64,000 nt of DNA from Lama glama (taxonomy: Eukaryota). Shown here one piece after another: positions 53,636 to 64,000 of this stretch. Under the pieces are notes generated by a model. It had not been told where the DNA came from. It made no database searches and saw only the letters and a list, made by a program, of their open reading frames with translations. Made by a program: the position numbers and the translations under genes. The stretch is from the NCBI GenBank assembly GCA_028534125.1, contig CM052818.1, positions 26,166,001 through 26,230,000 of the forward strand, written 5' to 3'. How positions within the stretch are numbered: the stretch's first letter is position 1; each line of letters starts with the position of its first letter.

Positions 53636-54477
53636 AACAACACAGTCCAGCCGCCTTCTCCCACCAAACTGGAGCCTTTCTCACCGGAGGTTTTTCAATT
53701 TGCTCACCTAGGTTCTCACACAGTGTTTGATCCTCTCCTTTCAGGGGTGAGTTTTGCTGGTAATTTATGGAATCTCTACTCGTAAGATCTTTCTGGGCTT
53801 TGCTTTCTCTCTCAGGCTCTGCTGCTGTCCCATATTTCGGCACACCCTTCCAGATTCTATTCTGGGGCTGTGGGAATTCCTTTTTACCTAGTTTTGTTAA
53901 AGATTCCTCAATATTTTTTATCATCTTAGTAGCTATGCTTTTATGATGTGGGGAGATTAAAGAAAACTATACTGCCACCAAATTCTTGCTGTCTGAATGA
54001 TCTGCACTCTTGCCATGGCTTCAATGGATAGAAGTGCATTTTTTTAATACTGAAGTTAAAAAATCAGTACAATGATAAAAATTAATGAAGGTTTTCAAAA
54101 GACCCTTTCTAAGAATGGATTTCCTAATTGTTTCTCTTCCCAAAGCATCCCCTAAAAAATGACTCAGCACTAAACTTCAAAGCTGAGAAGTTATATATAC
54201 TGCTAGAAATAAAACTGGGTATGAGGGTGTTGTGGCCAAGATATCCTTCTATTATGGTCAGAAATGAAATTGCAAAGGTTTAGGGTCAGGATCATTTCTC
54301 AGTTGAAATATCAGTTTCAAATACCTATTTTAAAGATTCTCAAACAAAGTGGTTTGATTTCTTAGCATCTTGAAAGTGTTTGGCTTAACTTCACCCCAAA
54401 TGAGATTTCTAGACTGTAAACCACACAAAGGAATCCCTTGGACCACCTATCTCAAAGCTTCTGCTTGCAACCACAGG

Positions 54478-54511
54478 ACACACATGCACGCGCGCGCACA
54501 CACCCCCCCCC
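54478..54511. repeat. Alternating purine-pyrimidine tract (CA/CG) followed by a C run
   Basis: acacacatgcacgcgcgcgcacacacccccccc. Confidence 0.8.
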
Positions 54512-56049
54512 ATACCATTTGAAGTGTTTGCCTAGCATATGACCATCTTTGTGGTTATAATTTTCAAATATCTATTTCTGTACCCTTTTATGGAGAATTC
54601 AAATCTCTAGCAGAAAATACTCTTCAAACAAAACATACTCATTGCATTTGGGCAACCACAGACCACCTGAGGGCTTTCAAAGACCAGATTTTCAGAAACT
54701 ATAATTTACAGCACAGAAAGAATCGTGGTGCCTTGAGTTGAGGAGGACCAATAAGATACCTGGTACAACCTCCCCCCGCCGCCCCAGATTTAAAAACTAG
54801 TAAAGCAAGCAATTTGTATTGATTCAGATATAAAAAAAATGTCTTAAAGGGGATAACTATGGAACCCAGATGTTGGCTGAGACTTCCTTGCCCTCTGGGG
54901 ACTGAGGAAACTTTCTAATGAAACTTGGTTAAGCTCCTGAATTCACAAATGTATCTCTGTTTTTTCTTCCCTCAACCTGGACGCTCAGGTCCTTGGAAGG
55001 TTCTGTAACTGGTCATTCTCCTCAATCATCTCTTAAAGCTAATGACATCAGAAAGGAGTCACAGGGGGTCATATGACAACACTCCATACCCTGCCATCTT
55101 CTACATCTTCACTTCTCTCCTCCTCCCTCTTCTCCTTCCGAACTCCACCGCCATCCTTCCACAGGGAGCAGACAGCCTCATCTCCTTGCACTGTATGCCC
55201 TGCCCACATGACCTTGGCACCAGCCCTCCCAAACATCTCCCTGTCCCCAAGACTTATCTGCTCTGAATGGCCCTATCGAGTATTTTCCCAACAAAGATGG
55301 GACTCTGTTGAAGAGGAATTCACCTACCAGCTGCTGAAAGAATAAAAATGTCTTTGTGTCCTTATAAATATGGCAGGTAAAATGATCATTAAATCACAAA
55401 ACTATGTGAAAAGTTATTTAGTCTCATCTTCTACAGAGAAAAATCCACATAGAGGAACCCAGACAGACAAGTGAGGACAAATGTGAAAATGTCTAAAGGT
55501 TTCTCATCACAAACCCCATCCCTTAGTGGATCCTGTAAACATACATTACCTGAAATGTATGCCTCTCCCAGTTCTACTATTAGAGTAGGTTGCTTTTCTT
55601 TCTTCTTCATTCTTCTCCAATCCTGGGAAGTCCTTCTTCTCCATTAACTAAATCAGTCATTCTGTTCTTTGCTTATAGGTACACATCCAAAAAGTAAACT
55701 TTATCTTGCTAGGTTTTGTGTTTATTTCACTTGCTGTTGAAAAGGCAGTGTTGCAATGAACTGTATTCATCTGATATTCCCTTGTAGAGAAATCAGTTAG
55801 TTCTTATGACAAAAATAAGATGGATTCTTATATTTTTCTTTAAGCATTTCATGTGTATGAGTGCTGTTTTACTGACAAGGCAGCAACTCCCGGGACCCTG
55901 TCTTATATTTCCTTTCAACCTTCACCTAATCTAGCACGCTGCCACCTACTTGCTTTAGAAATGAATATAAATCACTAAGCTTCACTGGGCTGCTTCCTAA
56001 ATCAAACAAAAGAGGGCACCGTCTTTACTCAAAGGACTTTACAAAGCAA

Positions 56050-56250
56050 CATGATGTAATAGGAAACATTGGGATTAAAGTCTGAGGGCCTGACTTCAAA
56101 AGGGATGTGGGCAGATTATTGAACCTCTCTGAGTCTGGTTTCCTTGTTTGTAAAAGAGTAACAATAACTACTGCCAGGCATAAGATTGTCATGAGAATCA
56201 GATACGATTGTGCATGTTAAAGTTCTGTGCAGACTGCAAAACATTTTACA
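56050..56250 (+). mobile_element. MIR relic
   Basis: gggcagattattgaacctctctgagtctggtttccttgtttgtaaaa. Confidence 0.65.
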
Positions 56251-59200
56251 ATACTGAAGCTTTAGCCATCAACATACCACATAGGATGTGGAAGGAAGAA
56301 AACATGGATCCAGTCAAGTCTCTGAATCTTCTGTGGACTTGACCCTCAAATCCCTTCCTCCAGTTCAATTTTTCATACAAATCTTTCCTTTATCTTCAGC
56401 AGTAGCCTTGGGTGTGTGCTGCACTGGCTGTGGCCTGGGTCAACAGGATAAATCTGAGCAAGCAGCTTAAACTCAGCCCTCATGAAGGGAGGTCCCACTG
56501 AGCCACCAATTGTCCAAGAGGATTGGCTTGCCTTTCCAGGGCTGCAGGCTCCAAGCCCACCCCTGTGGCTGTGACTTTTCCTTCCAGGCCTTGCCTGGGT
56601 AGAGCCCCTGTGCACAGAATGAGACACAATCTGGACAGCCAGACTGAGTCATTCAGACCTAAGCAAATCTTCATCTCTCTGATCCAACCAAACCCTCCAA
56701 GGAGGGTCTAATCCATGTTTCTTTTGTGGACTGCAGGGGCCTGACCAGGGTGGGCACAGCAGTATTTTCCCAAGGCTGCAGGGTTGGGTCTGGAAGTCCC
56801 CTGCTGGGTCAGGCATTAGCCCTTTAGTTGCTAGATCTAGGGGGACTGGAGAGGGACAGAAAGTCAGGACAGTGAAAGGGAGAGGAGGAGGTTGGAGGGA
56901 AGCCCTTAGGGGAGCTGGACCAACAGCTATTTACAAACCCGTAGGAAAGTATTTAAACCTATTAATACTTGGAATGCACTTACAGGGGAATATGGGCTAA
57001 ATACCAGCACAGGGATTGAGACATCATCTGTCCCCCTGGGTTCATAGATAAGGACATTGAGTAATCGAGCCAAGGTCATTCTTTACCAGGAATGGCCTCT
57101 TCGCTGCTGATTGTCCTCAATCATCTGGGCCTCAAAGCATGAGGCCTAAAGAGCAGCCTGGTTTCTATGGCAACCATAAAACAGATGTTATGCTGGGACA
57201 ACCCTTTATTTCATCAAACTCTTTTCACTGGCACCTTGAATTCGATTTCCTAACACTTTCTCCTGTTCCTTCATCAGTAACTCACATCAGCAAAAGTTTG
57301 TTAAGCAGCTACTGTGTAGATGGGGCTGGATTCTACAGGAGCTATGGAGGACCAGAGAGAGCTCTGGGTTTTAAGGAGGCCATAGGCACAAGTGGACACA
57401 GGTGTCACCTCAGGGGGTCCAGTAATTCCTGAATTGCTGAGCGGAGGGAGGGGAGGAGCCCGCACAGCCAGAAGCACCTAGACTGATGTGGAGACCAACA
57501 GATGGAGCCTGGGAAAGAAGTGCTCATCCCAAAAAGATGTGTCTGTGGGTTTACAGGTTAAATTAGATGAAACCAGAGAACTCAGCATTGAGAGCTGATA
57601 CAAATAGTGACAGTCGAGTAAGGCAGTGGTTTTCCAGCTTCTCTTAGAAACAAATCTTATGAGAAGCTGAAAATATAAAATGGATTAAAGCAGAGCTGTG
57701 TAGTGGGGGTAGGGTAGGATGGAGAACACTGTGGAAGGGCTGGAAAATCGCTGGAAAAAAAGAAGGCTCTCAAAGACTAAAGAATCTTGCCAAATAGCTC
57801 CTGCACCTCATTCCAGGATCCTGATGAGGAAGGCCTCAGGCTCCTCAGATCCTGGGAGATTAAATCAGGTGAGAGACCTTAGGAGACTGAAGGAAATACC
57901 GAATGTCAACTACTCGGTTCTCCCTGAGAAAAGTGGTCTGGGCTACTTATGTATTTTCCCTGTTTAAGCTACATGACAAACTCAATCATGATCAGAAATC
58001 ACTTTATGACTTTAGCAAAAGAAATCATGGCCACGGGTCTGGAAACATTCAAAGCCTGTGTCACCAACATTCTCTTTCCACACAGGCATGCATATATGGC
58101 AGGACATAATCAGAGGGAATCTGTACATGGGAGGATAAAGAAGACAAATATTTAATTCCATCAAGCTAAAACATCCTGATATTTTTATCTTCTAATCCAG
58201 TGGACTACAAACTTTATTGATTATGGAACCCAATGAGCAAACACTGTTGAAGCCTACATCCCTAGTATATTTATGAATTACAAAACCTTCAACTGCTAAA
58301 TGATGTTTTAATGAAAAAAAATGGCTTCCATATCCATGGATTTCCCACGTGTGAATCTTCTTTCGATGGAAACGTTCAAAACATTCTAACAAATGTGTAC
58401 AGCGTTTGGTGATAACTTTTCTCCAGTCTGCTGTATCTGTGGTTAACTGTGAATCACAATGTGTAGAAACTGTGCTTCCAAGCTCCTAAGTTTTGTGTTT
58501 GCCCTCTGATCTTATCTACCACTGAAGAACATGCTGCCTCCCTTCCTTGTGTGGAAGTATTATGATCATTAAAAATACCAAGGACATCAAACCAGTAAGC
58601 AAGTCTGGCTGTCCAACTTATACCTATAAAAGCTGGGACTAAACTGGTTTCTTAGCTTGTAGAAACACAAGTTCACATCATAGTTCAAACACTCTTAGCT
58701 TGATAGAACTTTTCCCCTCAATAACCATCACGCCTCATCGAGAAACAACTGTTCTTGTCACGGATCAGCATCCATATTAGCACATAATAATAAAGAGAAT
58801 GATTTGAATTGAACATATTGACCTTGATGTCATTCCATCTTTACAGTGTCATTAAGCACACTGTGTAGTTCAGCCAAGTTTGAAAAGATTTTTAATGAAT
58901 TTTTCTTGATGAATAAAGCAGTGAGTTGATTCTCAATCACTGGTGCAAACTTCTTGGTGCTTCCTTGTCACAAAGGAGTATGAAGAAGGGTCTTGTCTAA
59001 CCTACTCATTCAGCTCTTCTTCTGCTCTCTTTCCTACTCTGGGTCTAAAGAGAAAAACTTTCCTCTCTTTTGAATTTTCGATATGGACTTCAACGGTCTT
59101 GTATGGACTTTCACATATGAAAGAAGGAAATCGAAGAATTTGGAACAACTTTCTCTTGCTATGAATTAGGCCTAGTTGTCAAGCTGAGTGTTTTGCTGCA

Positions 59201-60289
59201 AAATCCTATTTTGAACAACTAAAGCTGTTATTCAAACTAAAGCTGTTATTCAAAATATCCATTTTTTGCCCCCACTTTGCATTCCTGCTGGAACAATTTT
59301 AATCTTAGATGATGTGTCAGGCTGCCTAGGGAGAAGGGCATGGACCCCCTAAAATGTAAAAAGAAAACACACTGACATCTTTCGGTCTCTTTCTTCACAG
59401 AGCTCCATCAGCGTCTGCAGGAGGCTTTGCCGTCACTCTGCAGACGGTGGCTTGCCGGCCTGAGTTTCAGCAGCACCAGGCGTGCCGCGCTGCAGCCCGT
59501 GGCCCTCTGGGGTCTCCGCGTCTGGGCTCTCTGTCATGATTAGTGTTTCCTCAACCATGTTTCCAGCCCCAGCAGTTCTGGGCTTTGCTCTTTAATCTCT
59601 TCCTGTCCACTGCCATCAGGGATGCTCTCACCCACCACAGGAAGTCTCTAATTCATGAATGGTCTGTGTATGGAACGTCTGTAAAAGTAGCACTTGAAAC
59701 CCAGAACTCATTTTTCTGTAGAGAGAATGTTGTAAGTGTTTGTTGGGTCTCCAGGTCAAGCCACAAAGGCCCATTCAGCCCCAGCACAGGTAATGAATTT
59801 TCCCTTCGCTTCTTGTATGCGTCGTAGACTAACAGAATGTCAGAGCTGAAATGGAATTTAGAACGTTGTGCTATACGCTGGTAACAGTTGTTTCCCACTG
59901 TATTCTATTACGAATTCCCCACATTCCATCTACATTTAGACATTAAGTAGGGTCCTGTGGTCTAGCCTGGAAACCCAGTCACACTTTATAACATGGTAAA
60001 TCAAATACTTATAAAGTGGGAATGGTCTTGCCACAGAGAATTTCACCCTGGCTATTTTTCTTTATATCCTTTGAGGCATGCTGCAGGACTAGGTCTTTGT
60101 CAACGATGTTGTTACATCTGCGTACACAGATCTGGCCAATACTTATGCACCTTTAATCAGTACGATCATGGGAGCCATCACTGGGAAAACCAAAGGGCTG
60201 AGGTGTAGGAGCAGAGGTAGGAAGGAACACCTCGTGGTATCTATTGAGCCAAGGGTACTTCTGTCTTGGGGGGGGGAGCTTATCTTTCC

Positions 60290-60632
60290 TGTCCTCTTGT
60301 CTGAAATGCCTTCCCCCAGGTATCTTCAGAAGACTCCATCAGCTCTTTGCTCGAGTATCACTTCTCAGCGAGGCCCTCAGTGACTGTTCTCTCCAGACCA
60401 GCACTTCCTGGTGCTCTGGTCTCCTGCCCCTGCTTTGCTTTCTTCATAGCACTTCATTTGATGATTTGTCAGCTTCCTTCCCTGCCATTCCTCCCTCAAC
60501 TCCCAGATAAGCTTCATGAGGGTCGGATTTTGTCTTTTCGGTTTACTCTTGTACCGTCAGTGCCTGGAACGTTGTCTATTCAACACATCGTAGGAGCTCA
60601 GGAGATGTATTTTTAAATGAAAGAATGAAATG
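60290..60632 (+). mobile_element. L2 3' fragment
   Basis: ctgaaatgccttcccc...taagcttcatgagggtcgga...gtgcctggaac...gtaggagctca...aatgaaagaatgaaatga. Confidence 0.7.
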
Positions 60633-62109
60633 AGTAGTAGGTAAGTGCTAGATACTTAGTATATCTGTTATTTCACTTAAAACACTGCTGTGCAGTAAGC
60701 GGCGGCTTCTCCTTCTTCCTCCTCCTCTTCTTCACAGAAGAGTGGCAAAACATCCTTAGTTCTAAAAGCAACTTTAGCAATATAATTTTGTGATTTATAC
60801 ATGCATTTTATCAGTTTCTAATTGTTGACATTTTTGAATCTCAGTAAAATCCTCTCACAATCCCTACAGAAGAAATTTGAATTAAAAGAAATTCTCTTTG
60901 GATTTAGTTGTTAGAAGCAGCGGCGGGGTGTGGGGGTGGGCGGGGGAAGGACAGCAACTCTAAAGTGGTTTGTCTGGAAGGAACTACCACGAGGATAACT
61001 TTTAGCCCACCTGACTCAATTCAAGTCAATAAATCGCAAATGAGTAATTACTACATGCTGGAGTGGGGAGAATTTAAGGACCCCGTCCATCTCCTCATCC
61101 TGGGAGAAATAATACACAATCATCTTTTATTCATCCACTCATTCATTTAACAAGCATGAGTTCTGCCTTTGAGGAGTTCTATTCCACAGAGAAAGACAGC
61201 TTTGTAAAAATCCACTGATAACCCAGTGAGATAACAGTAACAGAGAGGTCTGTGCAAAATGCTATGAGGACACGTGGAACTGTAGATTTATCATCCTTCT
61301 CATCCTTGGCTATGATCAAGGTTGCATACCAAACCCTCAAAGAGTCTTCCTGAAATTACTTTCTTGAATATATATAGAGCATGGTTAGGCAGACTTGGCA
61401 CATTCATACAATGCATCAGACCTCAGGCACCTACACATGCGTCAGACACCAGGACGGGGCCCATCTCAATACACGAGAAGCAGATTCTCACCCAGTGCCC
61501 CAAAGCAAACATCCACAGAAGTATATCAGAAGGGGATTCAGAGCCATGTTTTGTGAGTTAATAGGAATGAGAACAACTTTGGAACCAGATGCAAAATTGG
61601 ACTTACACTTGGCTCTCACTTAGCTGGGCATGGTACCTACTATCTCAGAATCTCTCCATCTCACAGAATTGCTGTGAAGAAAGCTCATAGCACAGTCTGA
61701 TACTAAGCATGTGCTCAATAAACGTCATATAACAATAGCTATCTTGTTCTGCTAGCTTCGGGGTAAATTTCACATATATCATTTAATCAACAAAATAATC
61801 TTATAATTATTATATTTTACAGAGGAAAGGACTGAGGGTAAGAAGTCATGTATTTGCTAAGTGGTTTAGCTGAGACTCATCACATTTTTATTCTCTTCCA
61901 AAGTTAGTCCTCTTAAGCATTACGTAAATAATTGTAATTCCCTCTGTTTTTGTAAGTTTTTCTGTAAGTTGCTTAAGGATGTCATAATCTAAAATAAAAA
62001 TGTGTATATACAAATCTTTATCGGTTAAGTCCTGGCGTTATAAAATTTGTCTTTCCCTCATTAAGCCTTAATTTTCATCGACAAGTTGTAATCTTCATGA
62101 TTTTATTTA

Positions 62110-62128
62110 TTGACAGTAGATGGCGCTG
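62110..62128 (+). promoter_or_regulatory. Candidate CTCF site TTGACAGTAGATGGCGCTG
   Basis: Close match to the CTCF core CCASYAGRKGGCRS, with the CpG retained in AT-rich sequence. Confidence 0.55.
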
Positions 62129-63254
62129 CTGATTGTCCAAAAAGAGAAAAATGTGGCCTTAACATCCCACCCCCACTCCTTTTCTTAGCCCTAGAAACAA
62201 AAACAAAAACAAAAACAAAAAAATCCAAAAACCTGGAAAAGAGAAAGTAAATTTCTCATTCCAATGAAAGGTTGAAATTAATAGTTTGAACGGCCATGTC
62301 ATTGAGCTGGATGTGTTTTATTTGAGACTCTAGGGGAAATCTCCAGGGCTATTTGCAAAATTTCATTAACAGGATTAAAACAAAATATAGTAAAATTTAA
62401 TTAGACAGACAATAAATTTAGAGTTCTTTGTTAGACAGATAATTTTAGGAAGAGATGAGTATTAAGACAATTATGAATTTAGCTTAAAATATACATAACT
62501 TCCATTCCAGAGTCCTAAAACGAGTACAGAGGAGTATGATGGTCAAGATGAAAACACAAACAAACAACTTAATTATCTGACCTTTGAGTAAGTTCCTTAA
62601 CATCTCAGGTCATAAATTTCCTCATCTGTAAAAGTGAACTATTTTTTGCCTAATTCACAGGACAGTTACATAGAACAAATGTAGTAAAGTAGTGTAAACA
62701 CCTTGGGAATGCAATGTCTTATATCCAAATAAGTCTTTATTTATCTTTTCCATACATTCACTCCTATAGGTACAATCGTAACAGTGAAAACTGAAATTTA
62801 GAAGACTTGACGGTTCAATTTCCTCACTTGTCCACAAACAATATAATAACCTTCAGTGTTTAGATTCATGTAAGAAAAGAGACTAAGGTATTTTCAACCA
62901 TAAAAAGAAAGTTTAGTTTAATATTCAGTGATGAGAAAACTAAATAAAAGAATGCTCGACTCCAAAGCATATAAACGAATTGAGGCAGCCTGTTTCCACT
63001 GTGCTCCCAGGAGGAGCGTGTGTTCCCGTGAATGGAAGTGGCGGGGGTGTGGGTATGTGGGATACGTGTTTGTGGGGTACAGACCAAGCAGACTTGCTGA
63101 GTAAACTTAAGCTGCAAGATGGTCATAGCCCTAAAGAAGACTATGTGGAATGTTCCCCTTGACTTTCACAAGAGGCAAAGACATTCCTTCTGCTCCCCCA
63201 CCTTTCATTAGACAGCTTATTGCAATATCTTTTATATATATATATATACACACA

Positions 63255-63530
63255 TACAGACACTTCTCAAAAGAAGAAATTCAAATAGCTAACAGGTGCT
63301 CAGCATCTCTTATCATCAAGGAAATGCAAATGAAAACCACAAGGAGACATTACCCCACACCTGTCAAGGAGGCTATTATCAAAAAGACAAAAGATAACAA
63401 GTGTTGGCTAGATTGTGGAGAAAAGAGAATTTTCTGTGATGCTGGTGGTGGGAATATAAATGGGTGCAGCCACTATGGAAAACAGTATGGAGTTTCCTTA
63501 AAAACTTAAAAACGGCACTGCCATATGATC
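63255..63530 (+). mobile_element. L1M ORF2 3' fragment
   Basis: [50 protein letters not shown]. Confidence 0.85.
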
Positions 63531-64000
63531 CTCTGCTCTTCTTTTAACAAAAGATTCACAAATGTTTGCTGTTGATGGTAAGTATTGCCATTTTTGCCTC
63601 AAGAACCCTGGGTATCTCATGGCAGAGCTGCTGGGCCCCAAGTTGCTGCCCCAGGGAGTGAACACCCTCCATGCCAGCAGCTCTAGGAGGCCAGATGCAG
63701 CTTCTCCATTCCCGGCAGGAGTCAATGTCCCGTTCCCAGACTCCACTACTGGCTCTGGGCTTTGGGAACCTAAAGCATCATCGTCCTGGCATAATGGTGA
63801 CTGGCCAGCTTGTAAAAGCACAGGGGGCAGGTTCTAGTCCCCTGCCCCCTCCCCTCTGCTTTTACAGATTCTATCATATCCTAAGGCAGGAACCCCTGCC
63901 TGGCCTCCATCAGGGCTGTGTCCCATGCTCTGGGGAGCAATAGCTTATAACCTATTGCATTTATGATTATAGAGGTGTTTGTGTGGTTTGTTTAATTTCT

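Overview
Mammalian genomic DNA, AT-rich and dominated by repeats. The young L1 3' UTR and the absence of recognisable Alu/B1/BovB/PRE-1/Can-SINE suggest a camelid, but this is inference. The window holds the 5' part of RMDN2 (FAM82A1, regulator of microtubule dynamics 2) on the minus strand: a CpG-island promoter with candidate non-coding first exon(s) at about 37.6-38.5 kb, then seven GT-AG coding exons (32538 to 474) that splice in frame into 348 codons (TM anchor, coiled coil, TPR-like region). The last exons lie left of the window. The rest, including about 25 kb upstream, is mostly L1, L2, MIR, MER and LTR relics plus a 500-N gap. I found no convincing new biological system. The best signal, missed by the ORF track, is a two-exon alternative N-terminal module inside intron 2 (MGKCLSC..., 20871 to about 19213). 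It would replace the TM anchor with a myristoylation/palmitoylation-type motif, but here it has an in-frame TAA and no usable donor. Smaller items: competing hairpins at the exon-6 donor, an 83-nt intronic hairpin, an antisense solo LTR and candidate divergent lncRNA exons. Repeat family names are by eye and boundaries are approximate unless a TSD is given.
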